From positions 1-57,901 of IMG/VR virus record IMGVR_UViG_3300010042_000197: DNA of 57,901 bases. One strand, 5' to 3'. A model generated the notes under the pieces. That model searched no databases. It saw only the letters and a list, made by a program, of their open reading frames with translations, and had not been told where the DNA came from. The position numbers were made by a program, and so were the translations under genes. Positions within the stretch are counted from its first letter, which is position 1. Every line of letters starts with the position of its first letter. Below, piece after piece: positions 9,502 to 18,432 of the stretch. The stretch comes from a virus. Taxonomy: Duplodnaviria; Caudoviricetes.

Positions 9502-11607
9502 CTACTCGCGGGCCTTGATGTTGTGGGACAGGAGCCCCCGCACGTTGTACGTGCGTGCCCCGTGGACGGTGAGCTGCACGACGTCGCCCTCTCCTGCTTC
9601 CTCTACCCGCTGCACGCGGCCGGGCTGCACCCCTTGGATGGCGTCTCCCGGACACAGCGCGGACAGCGGTGTCCAGCCCCGCTCCTCCAGGTAGAAGCGG
9701 TGCCCCTCAGAGGCCACCACCTCTCGCCCATCCTCCAGCACCAGGCGCAGGCGCTCGGCCCGTGCCGGCCGCGCCGCCATCACCGAGTGCACGTCCCACA
9801 CCAACGTCTCGTCGTGCTGGGTGAGCACCTGCATGCCCGGCCGCACCGCGTCCGCGCGCAGCTCCGTCCCGTCCGCCATGAGGATGGGCTCCCATGGCGC
9901 CGGGCACGGCCGCGTGTCGTCTCCTCCGCCTCCACCGCCGCCACCGTCTGGAGCACCGCCGCCCACCGGCGAGTTGTACTGGGAGGTGAATGCCGCGTTG
10001 CGGCTGGCGACGGGGATGAACCACTTCGAGGCGCTCGGCCCGTACGCGTTGACGACGGACACCAGGAGATACCAGACGGACGTCGTCGTGGTGCTGAGCC
10101 CGGACACCGAGCCCGCTAGCATGTAGTTGAACGACGCGCGGCCCTCGTTGTTCGCCGAGGACTCGGTGGCGTCCCGGTACACCCTGTCCGTCAGCGCGAC
10201 GTGCAGCACCTGGTGGCGGAAGGCGCTTCCGGCCGTCGGCCGCACCCACAACTCCACGCGCGCGTACCGCATGGCATCGAAGTTGTCGTCCAGCGCCTGG
10301 GGCTGGAGGAAGAGCTGCCACGTCGCCCAGGACAGGGACGCGGTGGTGATGTTGTCCGCGCACTCCACGCGCACGCGGTCGATGTTGGGCGCGCCCCCGC
10401 GCACGGCGCCCTGGTTGTTGCCACGGTAGAAGCAGCGGTTGCCGGGGCCGGGGCCGTCGAGGCTGACGAGCCCCTTGTAGAAGAGCGCCTCCAGAGGGTA
10501 GCGGCCCACCTGGAGATTCTGGCTGGCCACCTTCAACGCCACCCCCACGTTGTCCAGCTTCGCGCCCGCTACGGGCACTCCGCTACCGTCCTCCGCGTAG
10601 TTGGACGTCTGCAACGTGTTGGCGCTCAGCAAGTCGAACGTCACCGACTTCCGCAAGCTGATGGCGTCCAGGTACACCGCCTTGCCGATGTCCGCGGCGG
10701 CCGCGTTGAGCTCCCAGACGAGAAGGAGTCCCGTGCACCCGGCCGGGCACGCCCCCTTCACCTTGTACGGCTGGTACGCGGTGGTGAGGCCGGACACCAG
10801 AGTGACGGTGTTGGCGCCCGCATAGTTGCCGGAGGCGTCCAACCAGAAGAAGTAGAGTCCTCCTCCGAAGTTGCCCGACAGCGGCGCGGAGGACTTCAAC
10901 CACGCCTCCGCGAAGAACTCGTCGCCCGCCGCGCACGAAATCCGCTTCGTCCAGACGACGGTGCGGTAACCGGCGGCGTTGAGAGGCACTCGGCGGCACC
11001 ACCGGCCCTCGCGCGCGTTGGCCGGCTCCTCCACCAGGAAGTCCCCCTCGGGAGAGATTCCCAGCGCGGCGGCACCCGCCTCGCCGTACCCGTTGGGCAC
11101 CAGGTTGTCCGAGGGCGGCAGGAGCAGGTGCTGCGTGGCGATGGCGGCCGGCGCCACCTTGCTGGACGTCACCGCCCCCGGGCTCAGGAGGGCGGTGTCG
11201 ACGCTGCCGTCGGGCACGTTGGAGAGCGTCTCGGTTGCCATTCCGATGGTGTCCGGGTCCGCCACTACGACGCCGCCCAGGACGCGCCAACTTCCCTGGT
11301 TGCCGTTGGAGTAGAGGGCCTGTACCGCCGACTTCGCGCTGGTGGTGGCCTTCACCCGCAGCGTCACCACCACGCGCCGCTCCGCGGGCCCCAAACGAAT
11401 GGGCGCCACGAGGTAGTTGTCCGTGTTGTTCGGGTCATCCCCCGTGAAGACGGCCACCTGGAAGCCCTCCAGGAGGTGCAGCGGAAGCGTCTCCTCGTGC
11501 GTCCAGCGGATGTCGAGGTACGTCGGTTTGATGACGCGCGGGCGCGGGAAGCCCGGCTCCCCGTCCTCGACAACGCCCCCCTGCATCTCCTGCTCGCGTG
11601 AGCGCAT
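9502..11607 (-). CDS. Tail fibre / receptor-binding protein with carbohydrate-binding-like domain and C-terminal Hint domain
   Basis: Follows gpJ. FN3-like start, GAVTSSKVAPAAI repeats, NLVPNGYGE..VYLDAISL CBM-like block, Gly linker, then CPAPWEPILMADG...SEGH...GLLSHN (9906..9520). Confidence 0.8.
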   Translation of the reverse strand: MRSREQEMQGGVVEDGEPGFPRPRVIKPTYLDIRWTHEETLPLHLLEGFQVAVFTGDDPNNTDNYLVAPIRLGPAERRVVVTLRVKATTSAKSAVQALYSNGNQGSWRVLGGVVVADPDTIGMATETLSNVPDGSVDTALLSPGAVTSSKVAPAAIATQHLLLPPSDNLVPNGYGEAGAAALGISPEGDFLVEEPANAREGRWCRRVPLNAAGYRTVVWTKRISCAAGDEFFAEAWLKSSAPLSGNFGGGLYFFWLDASGNYAGANTVTLVSGLTTAYQPYKVKGACPAGCTGLLLVWELNAAAADIGKAVYLDAISLRKSVTFDLLSANTLQTSNYAEDGSGVPVAGAKLDNVGVALKVASQNLQVGRYPLEALFYKGLVSLDGPGPGNRCFYRGNNQGAVRGGAPNIDRVRVECADNITTASLSWATWQLFLQPQALDDNFDAMRYARVELWVRPTAGSAFRHQVLHVALTDRVYRDATESSANNEGRASFNYMLAGSVSGLSTTTTSVWYLLVSVVNAYGPSASKWFIPVASRNAAFTSQYNSPVGGGAPDGGGGGGGGDDTRPCPAPWEPILMADGTELRADAVRPGMQVLTQHDETLVWDVHSVMAARPARAERLRLVLEDGREVVASEGHRFYLEERGWTPLSALCPGDAIQGVQPGRVQRVEEAGEGDVVQLTVHGARTYNVRGLLSHNIKARE

Positions 11608-11618
11608 GGTGAGGCCCG

Positions 11619-14138
11619 CTAGACTGGCGGCGTGGACGACACCGTCATGGTGATGGAGGACGGCACCGTGGGCGCCACCACCACGGTGAGGCTGGGAGCG
11701 TTGGTGGAGTAGTTGCCCGAGGTGTCGATGGCCTTGATGCGCACCACCTGGTTGACGCCGAGCGCCGGCAGGGCCCACTCGAAGGAGGTGGCTCGCACCT
11801 TGGCGATGAGGGAGGCCGTCTCCCAGCTCGAGCCCCCGTGCCGCAGCTCGTACATGTCCCTGTCCAGGTCGGGGATTTCCGCCCACCGCAGCGTGGCGGT
11901 GACGCCGTTGAGGGAGGACACGAAGCCGGCCACGTCCGAGGGCGGGGCCGCCTTGCCCAGCACCGTGTACGCCGCCTCGGCGAAGGCGGTGGTGAAGCCG
12001 CCCAGCTCGGCCGCCACCTGCACCCGGTACGGGCCCGGCGCCACGTCCGCCAGCTCCCAGAAGTGCGTCTGGAGGCGCTCCTCGGCGCTCCAGTTGCCCT
12101 CGGACAGGCGCCAGCGCACCACATACGCGACGGCGCCGGGCCGCTGCGTCCACCGCGCATTGAGCTGCACCCTCACGCCGCCGTTGGTCGTCTTGTAGAG
12201 GCCTTCGCCCACCACCAGTCCCTCAGGTGGAGACGACGAGGGCAGCACGGAGGTGGGCAGGGGCTGGAGCTTCACGCCCTGCTCCACCGCGGCGTACTTG
12301 CCTGGGTGGTGCGCCAGCGCCGTCACCTCGTAGACGTGCGGCTCCACCTCGGCGACGGCCAGCACGCGCCAGAGGGTGGGCACCAAGTCCGTGGCCGCCA
12401 GCACCCAGACGGCCTGGGGCACGGGCGCGGCGGAGAATGGCGCCGCCAGCGTGAGGGCGCGGTACGGCGCCGCCGGCAGGGCCGCCACGGGCCGCTCTTC
12501 CACCGTGCCGTCGGGCAACACCACGGAGAGGGTGTACGTGTGCCCGGCTTCGAGGGTGACGTCCGCGTCCAGTTCCACGCGCGACGCGGTGGCCTCCACC
12601 ACCCGCCCGCCCCAGCGCCTGCCCGCGCGCGTCGGGTCCACCACCTTCACAACGGCCCCGGGGTTGCGCAGCGCGCCCTCCAGGCCCGTCCTGAAGACAA
12701 TGGTCTCCGTCTCCAGCCGCTCGGTGTGCAGCAGCCACCGGCCCACCCGCTGCGCCTGGCTGCGCGAGGTGCACCCCAGCGCCACCACGTCCGTGGGGTT
12801 GTAGCCGTAGTCGAGCATCCCCTCCTCGTCCGGCACGTGCTCCACCGCGGCCTTGTACTGGTTGGCCGGGTCGTTCCAGGTGACGAGCGCGACGGTGTGC
12901 CGCGCGCGCCGCGAGGTGCCCGAGTAGGTGAAGAGGCCGTCCACCACGTTGGCGGGCGTGAAGAGGTACTCGGCGTCCCGGGGCGCGTCCTGGGCGACGT
13001 ACACCGCGCCGCTGGCCCAGTAGACGAGGCCTCGGAAGACGGAGGCGAGGTTGCCCACCACCTGGTACGCGTCCGCCTGCGTCTGGAGGTAGAGGTTGCA
13101 GGTGAAGCGCGGCTCCATGCCGCCCTTGCCGTCCGGCACCAGCTCGTCGCAGTAGCGGGCCACCGTGTACAGGCCCCACTTGTCCACCTGGGCCTCGTCC
13201 AGGTAGCGGCCCAGGCCGTACCGCTTCGTCGTCAGCAAGTCGTACAGGCACCACGCAGGGTTGTCCGTCCACGCCACCTGGAAGGTGCCGTCCCACGTGC
13301 CCGAGTACTCGCGCGTGGCCGCGTTGTAGTTGCTGGGCACCCGCACCTTGAGGCCGCGAATCCGGTAGCTGCGCGTGGGGACGCTGCCGAACTGCCGGGC
13401 CGACACCTCGAGGGCCACAATGGCCGTGTTGGGGAAGCTCAGCTTCTCGTCGATGAGCGTGGCGTAGGACTTCCAGAACGTACGGTTCTGCAGGACGACG
13501 TATTCCGAATCGGGAGTGAGGCGCCGCACGCGGATGTCCCACGGCGGGCTGCCGGTGAGCTCCACGCGGTACGTCCTCTCGTAGGGACTGGTGCACTTCC
13601 CGCGGATGACGCCAGCGCCCTGCAGGTCCTGCTCCACCCAGCCGCCGCCGTTGCTCTGCAAGTCGATGGCGATGTTGAGGGTGGACGGCTGCAAGTCCCC
13701 CGTCTCCGGGTGCTGGTACGTCAGCTGCGGTACCTGCAAGGTGACGCGCACCGCGTCCACCTCCGAATCGAAGATGGTGCGGACGGCCGGCAGGCTCTTC
13801 TTCACCTCCGCGTTGACGCTGAACTCCGCCTCGGCCGCGGTGAAGCCGGGGATGTACTCCTGCCCCTGGGTGCCCGGCACGTCGTACACCGTGACGTCGC
13901 GGAAGTTGGGCGTGTCGTTGATGGTGTGGACCGGGACGCCGTCCAGGAAGACGCCCTTCAGCCCGCCGACGAGTCCTTCGATTTCCCCCTCACACAGCAC
14001 GTCCAGCACGCGCGCGTGCGCGGCGGACTTCAGCGTGTCCGGGGACTCCACGGGCGAGCGCTGGGCGTCGCCTCCGCCCTTCCCTCCGCTTCCTCCGCCC
14101 GCGCCTCGCAGCGCTCCCCGCTCAAGGTGCTTCGTCAT
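11619..14138 (-). CDS. J: Central tail tip / host-specificity protein (lambda gpJ-like)
   Basis: PVESPDTLKS..LDVLCEGEIEGLV, WTDNPAWCLYDLLT..RYGLG, GCTSRSQAQRVGRWLL, C-terminal FN3 repeats. Confidence 0.93.
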   Translation of the reverse strand: MTKHLERGALRGAGGGSGGKGGGDAQRSPVESPDTLKSAAHARVLDVLCEGEIEGLVGGLKGVFLDGVPVHTINDTPNFRDVTVYDVPGTQGQEYIPGFTAAEAEFSVNAEVKKSLPAVRTIFDSEVDAVRVTLQVPQLTYQHPETGDLQPSTLNIAIDLQSNGGGWVEQDLQGAGVIRGKCTSPYERTYRVELTGSPPWDIRVRRLTPDSEYVVLQNRTFWKSYATLIDEKLSFPNTAIVALEVSARQFGSVPTRSYRIRGLKVRVPSNYNAATREYSGTWDGTFQVAWTDNPAWCLYDLLTTKRYGLGRYLDEAQVDKWGLYTVARYCDELVPDGKGGMEPRFTCNLYLQTQADAYQVVGNLASVFRGLVYWASGAVYVAQDAPRDAEYLFTPANVVDGLFTYSGTSRRARHTVALVTWNDPANQYKAAVEHVPDEEGMLDYGYNPTDVVALGCTSRSQAQRVGRWLLHTERLETETIVFRTGLEGALRNPGAVVKVVDPTRAGRRWGGRVVEATASRVELDADVTLEAGHTYTLSVVLPDGTVEERPVAALPAAPYRALTLAAPFSAAPVPQAVWVLAATDLVPTLWRVLAVAEVEPHVYEVTALAHHPGKYAAVEQGVKLQPLPTSVLPSSSPPEGLVVGEGLYKTTNGGVRVQLNARWTQRPGAVAYVVRWRLSEGNWSAEERLQTHFWELADVAPGPYRVQVAAELGGFTTAFAEAAYTVLGKAAPPSDVAGFVSSLNGVTATLRWAEIPDLDRDMYELRHGGSSWETASLIAKVRATSFEWALPALGVNQVVRIKAIDTSGNYSTNAPSLTVVVAPTVPSSITMTVSSTPPV

Positions 14139-15195
14139 GGGGCCGCTCCGGGTCCTCGTTCTTGGTGTTGTGCGAGAGGAAGCCCACCGTCTGGTAGGTG
14201 TGCGCGCCGGCCACGGTGATGCGCACCACCGGGCCCCGCCCGGCCGCCTCCGCGCAGGCCACCACGCCCGGGCGCTCGCCGACGAGGCGCATGCCCGCAT
14301 CCAGGTGCCGCAGCTCCTCCCATGCGGCCTCAGTGCGCACGCGGTGGTTGTACGTGCCCACCAGCTCCCGGCCGTCCTCCAGCACCAGGCGCCAGCACTC
14401 CGCCTCCAGCGTGGAGGCGTGGGAGACGGGGTAGTCGCCCCACTCCAGCGTCACCTCGTCCTGGGTGCGCACCCACGCGCCCACGCGCACGTCACCCGCG
14501 GGCACCTCGCGGCCGTCCGAAAGCAGAATGGGTACCCACGGCGCCGGGCACCCTCCGCCCACGGGCCCCTGCCCTCCCGGGCCGTGCTGCCCTCCCGCGC
14601 CTCCGCCGAAGCCGCCGCCCGCGCTCCACTCAGTGGAGATGCCGGCGGACACCACGCAGCTCCCCACCACCATTTCCCCGTAGCAGAGCGGCACCGGGTG
14701 GCCCTGGGCCAACGTATTCACGGGCCCGTTGAAGACGTAGTTGGGCTGGGCGTCAGGCTTCTCCAGTGGCCCCGTGGCCGGGGGCGGTTTGAAGAGGAGC
14801 TGCGCGGCGCCTCCCACCATGAGGCTGCTGCCCAGGGCGATGAGCTGCCCGCCCACCGCGCCGTAGTCGTAGACGGAGAGCACCGCACCGCCAGCGATGA
14901 GCACCGCCCCCAGCACCACCTGGAGGACGCCCGCCTGCTTCGCGCCCGCCAGCGCCGGCAGAATCGTGATGCGCTTCCCCGTGGTGACGCCCAGCTCCTC
15001 GGCGCCGACGTCGCGCTCTCCGACGAGGACGTGGTAGCCGGGAGCGCTGTTCTCCGCGAGGTAGCGGCTGAAGCCCTCGCAGACCGCGCAGAGGGCGCGC
15101 ACCGCCTCCGCGGGCGTGGGCACGCCCAGCTCCAGCGTCCACTCCCGCCCGAAGCGCTGGCCCAGGGGCCCGCCGAGCACCACCGTCGTCAGCAT
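14122..15195 (-). CDS. I: Tail assembly protein (lambda gpI-like, N-terminal ubiquitin-like fold) fused to C-terminal Hint domain
   Basis: LGGPLGQRFGRE..TPAEAVRAL..ILPALAGAK, TM-like segment, NYVFNGPVNTLAQGHPVPLCYGE, then GGG|CPAPW...TYNH...GFLSHN (14550..14167). Confidence 0.88.
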   Translation of the reverse strand: MLTTVVLGGPLGQRFGREWTLELGVPTPAEAVRALCAVCEGFSRYLAENSAPGYHVLVGERDVGAEELGVTTGKRITILPALAGAKQAGVLQVVLGAVLIAGGAVLSVYDYGAVGGQLIALGSSLMVGGAAQLLFKPPPATGPLEKPDAQPNYVFNGPVNTLAQGHPVPLCYGEMVVGSCVVSAGISTEWSAGGGFGGGAGGQHGPGGQGPVGGGCPAPWVPILLSDGREVPAGDVRVGAWVRTQDEVTLEWGDYPVSHASTLEAECWRLVLEDGRELVGTYNHRVRTEAAWEELRHLDAGMRLVGERPGVVACAEAAGRGPVVRITVAGAHTYQTVGFLSHNTKNEDPERPHDEAP

Positions 15196-15929
15196 AGGGT
15201 GCGATGCCGCACAACCTTCCGAGTCACCCGTGCCCAGAAGCCGCTGTACGTCTCCCTCTTGGAGAGCGAAGCCTGGAGGTGGTGGAGGACGACGTCCGCG
15301 CCCAGGTACACGCCTGCGTGGTTGGGGACCTTCGCGCGCAGCTGCATGAGGAGGACGTCGTGCTGACGCAGCGACTGGCCGGTGACGTCGACGAAGCCCG
15401 CCTTCTCGTAGCCCTCCAGGTAGAGGTTGGCGCCCTTGGCCCACCAGTCGTCGGGGCGCTCGAAGTCGGGCAACTCGAGCCCCAGCGTCTCGCGGTAGTA
15501 GTCGCGGATGAGGCTGAAGCAGTCCAGGACGCCGTGGGAAAACTCCCGTCCCACCAGGGGTGCTCTGTAGCCCGAGGGGTACAGCACCTGCCAGTGCCCC
15601 ACCGGCACGTTGACGATGAGCCAGGGCAGGCCCCAGCGCTCGCACATGACGCGGTCCGCCTCGCTCGGCTCCGGGGAGGCGTTCGGGTGCGAGTGCACCA
15701 CCGCCACCACCTCCCCCTCCGCCTCGGCGCTGGCGAAGTCCTCGGGCGCCAGGTGGAAGTGGGCCTGGCCCTCGGCGAGATTGCGGCAGGGCCGATACGC
15801 CAGCTCGCCTGCGGCGCGCACTACGAGGCCGCAGGACTCGCGGGGAGCCTCCGCGCTGGCGTGCTCCAGGGCGGCGATGACTGGGGCACAAGGCAACGCG
15901 AAGCCGGATATCATACCAATAATCCCCAT
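15189..15929 (-). CDS. K: Tail assembly protein (lambda gpK-like; JAB/MPN + NlpC/P60)
   Basis: PRESCGLV..HSHPNASPEPSEAD (JAB) and GVLDCFSLIRDYY..NHAGVY (NlpC/P60); exact start uncertain (15914 or 15929). Confidence 0.92.
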   Translation of the reverse strand: MGIIGMISGFALPCAPVIAALEHASAEAPRESCGLVVRAAGELAYRPCRNLAEGQAHFHLAPEDFASAEAEGEVVAVVHSHPNASPEPSEADRVMCERWGLPWLIVNVPVGHWQVLYPSGYRAPLVGREFSHGVLDCFSLIRDYYRETLGLELPDFERPDDWWAKGANLYLEGYEKAGFVDVTGQSLRQHDVLLMQLRAKVPNHAGVYLGADVVLHHLQASLSKRETYSGFWARVTRKVVRHRTLC

Positions 15930-16108
15930 TTCGGGCGCACGGCGAACCGCACCAACTTCACCCGCCCAGGGGACAAATTCCGAGCCGCTCAGAACAAACT
16001 ATCGGTCTGACATCGACAGCCACACCAATAGACACACCCCTTCCTCGATGCGCGAAGGGTGGAACGAGTGGTGCTTCACGATGACAAACACCACTCGTTC
16101 GCTCGCAA

Positions 16109-16339
16109 CTACATTGGACGACCACATCCAGGACAGGCCTGCGCCGAGGCAAAATACCCACCCGATGCGACATTCGCAGATTTCTGCATCAACTGAGGCA
16201 TCCCCTTGACGCCCTCGCTCAACTGCGCAATCAAAAAACGAAGCTGCTCTTGACTGAGTCCCCCCTTGAGTTGCGCAGCAACGGCAGCCAATCGCGCCTT
16301 CTCAGCAGCATCAAGCATCACAACCCCCTGGACTTTCAT
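16109..16339 (-). CDS. Small protein with C-terminal CxxC (CPGCGRPM)
   Basis: ATGA overlap with the upstream gene's stop at 16336-16339. Confidence 0.6.
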   Translation of the reverse strand: MKVQGVVMLDAAEKARLAAVAAQLKGGLSQEQLRFLIAQLSEGVKGMPQLMQKSANVASGGYFASAQACPGCGRPM

Positions 16340-17049
16340 TTTACTCTCTCCTGCGCACACCGCTTACATCTTGAAGAAAACTTCCCTGCTTGCCATTTTT
16401 TCTTAAACTTCCGCGCCTCCGCAAGGCGACTAAACATATCGGAGCCCGCGCCCCACTTCTGGCTACAGAACGGGCACGACATCCACAAATGAGACGAGAG
16501 CGCTCGCTGCGCCGCATAGATCTCAATCTCTTCCGAAACATGTGCCTGCTTCGCCTGGAGCAACCCCAAAACGCGCTCAAATTCCTTCGCAATAAGACGG
16601 ACCTTCTCGATGGCTGGCGCACGTTCCGCTGGTGTCGTAGCGCTCACCACCTCAGCGAGCGCGGTTTTCATCTCATTCTCCGCCGTATGCAGCGGCATCT
16701 GAACCGTCTGACTCGCCTCCAACTGCGAGTCCAACTGATTAGTCAAACTAAAAATAGACCAAGCAAACGACAGCACACCCAGAATACCAGACGTCACCAC
16801 CGCAGCTTTAAACATTACTGAACCCGCGTCCGCCAACCCCGTACCAGCAAGCATGAAGACAGCGGGCCCCAGGCCAATTCCCACGAAGTTCGCGCGCCTT
16901 TGCCACCTAGTAATCTGGGCAGCGCGCTGCTCATAGGCCACCCTGGAATGGGTACCCTCACCGGCCAATCGATTAGCTGTCGCAAGCAGAGCGTTGTCAC
17001 CGGGCGACAAAGGAAGTGACGCTGAACCTTCTGGCAGACTTGAAGTCAT
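16336..17049 (-). CDS. SLATT-like 2TM protein with C-terminal CxxC..CxxC (mobilome CxxCx(11)CxxC-like)
   Basis: AYEQRAAQITRWQRRANFVGIGL (TM1), SGILGVLSFAWSIFSL (TM2), YAAQRAL..CPFC..CKRC; lower GC than flanks. Confidence 0.65.
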   Translation of the reverse strand: MTSSLPEGSASLPLSPGDNALLATANRLAGEGTHSRVAYEQRAAQITRWQRRANFVGIGLGPAVFMLAGTGLADAGSVMFKAAVVTSGILGVLSFAWSIFSLTNQLDSQLEASQTVQMPLHTAENEMKTALAEVVSATTPAERAPAIEKVRLIAKEFERVLGLLQAKQAHVSEEIEIYAAQRALSSHLWMSCPFCSQKWGAGSDMFSRLAEARKFKKKWQAGKFSSRCKRCAQERVK

Positions 17050-17457
17050 TGGATGGCCTCCGCAACCTGCAAGGAGTCACGCTGCAGGGTCACACAATCC
17101 GACTACGCCACTCCGCATTGTTAGACTTACTACCTAGGATCGACCCAATTGCATGTCCACACCTTTCCACATGCCACATGCACCCACCAAGAACGCCATG
17201 TCCAGCGCACTTGCCGCAGCAGTCCGCCCCCCCTGACACCTGGGACCTGAATCGGGGCCACGCCCTGCATGCTTAGTCTGTAAGGCGCCACTGGCTGAAT
17301 GGCCTAGCGTGGCTTACCCCTGGGTCACCCCTATCCCACCACCCGTCCAGTAGCCCCAGCCCCTCTTGCACAAGGTGTTTCGGAACAGGAATACCCTTGA
17401 CGACCGCATTGGTCCCGATGTGCCTTATGGGCGCATCCACCAGCAACGGAGAATGCC

Positions 17458-17973
17458 ATGTCGACGTATGACCCACGCGAAGCATTGCTGCTCATGGCCG
17501 ACGCGCAGGAGCGCGCCACGCCAGATGGCAAAGCAAGACACAACGGCGCGCTGAAGTTGTTGGAGTCGCTGCTGGAACTCAACGGGAAAAATGGCTTCAT
17601 CATCAATGCGGAGAACAGCACCGCAATCCGGATGTCGTATCCAACTCCCCAGCCACCACAGCGAAGAGCCGACGCGGTGCTCTCTTACATGGCGGGCGCC
17701 TTCATTGTTCGGCGGGACCAGACGAACAGCCCCGTCGAGGGGCTTACCTGGGATCATCGGAGCGGACAGTGGCAGGGCCCTCCACTGGGCGAGAAGGACG
17801 GCACGCCAGTGCGATGCTCGGCGCTGGCGGTTCTCGTGGGAGCAGCACTCGGGCTCCCCGACGCCGCCCTTAGAAACGCACTCGGCCCATCACCGGTTTC
17901 CCCTCAGGACTGGAGCAACACATTTGGGTCCGAGGTCATCCCAAGTGAGTCTCGCTGGGGGGATGACGAGTAG
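17458..17973 (+). CDS. Hypothetical protein (moron)
   Basis: GGAG RBS, 171-aa ORF opposite to the tail operon. Confidence 0.6.
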   Translation: MSTYDPREALLLMADAQERATPDGKARHNGALKLLESLLELNGKNGFIINAENSTAIRMSYPTPQPPQRRADAVLSYMAGAFIVRRDQTNSPVEGLTWDHRSGQWQGPPLGEKDGTPVRCSALAVLVGAALGLPDAALRNALGPSPVSPQDWSNTFGSEVIPSESRWGDDE

Positions 17974-18220
17974 TTTCCGCAGTCCGAGAGGACGTCCGGG
18001 GCTCTCGACGACGAGTCCTCGGAGGACGAGGCTTCCGTCATCATCAGCCCCGGAGCATCCCGTGCCCGTCCCCGTTGCACTCCAGGCCACACCACAAGAG
18101 TTGGCCGCCATCACCGCTGCGGCGAAGGTCAGCTCGCTCCCAATGGAGCGTTTCATCGAGCATGCCGCCGTCGACGGCACCTCAATGGAACTGCGGGGCG
18201 TGATGAATCGCCCGACCTGA
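17963..18220 (+). CDS. Ribbon-helix-helix-like small protein (DUF1778-like)
   Basis: VPVALQATPQELAAITAAAKVSSLPMERFIEHAAV fits the RHH pattern. Confidence 0.45.
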   Translation: MTSSFRSPRGRPGLSTTSPRRTRLPSSSAPEHPVPVPVALQATPQELAAITAAAKVSSLPMERFIEHAAVDGTSMELRGVMNRPT

Positions 18221-18402
18221 TGGCCAAGCCCCCGCACGTCGACATCGGCAACGCCGAATACGAGCAGGCCTCCCAAACAGCTCACCGATTGAATGTCCCT
18301 GTCGGGAGGTACGCCGTCCTGTCCGCGCTGCGCTACATTCGCATCATGCAGATGAGCCACTCGCCCGAGTCCGCTTGGCGGGGAGTCTCCCTGCCGGCCT
18401 GA
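18220..18402 (+). CDS. Second small RHH-like protein
   Basis: TGATG coupling; HVDIGNAEYEQASQTAHRLNVPVGRYAVLSAL. Confidence 0.4.
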   Translation: MAKPPHVDIGNAEYEQASQTAHRLNVPVGRYAVLSALRYIRIMQMSHSPESAWRGVSLPA

Positions 18403-18432
18403 AGCATCACGGCCAGGTACCCCAACAATCCA

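Noticed and set aside
9520-9906. Classical mobile intein with homing endonuclease
   Set aside because: No endonuclease insert, no Cys/Ser/Thr at +1 and only five residues follow; it is a terminal Hint domain.
11838-14219. Long plus-strand ORFs antisense to structural genes (e.g. 11838..14219, 40312..41943, 43083..45164, 53524..55521)
   Set aside because: Typical high-GC antisense shadows of well-supported minus-strand genes, with no recognisable motifs.
9502-14550. Diversity-generating retroelement or invertible fibre cassette suggested by the two similar C-terminal regions
   Set aside because: Similarity is at the diverged protein level rather than adenine-specific near-identity, and no reverse transcriptase or invertase is present in the window.
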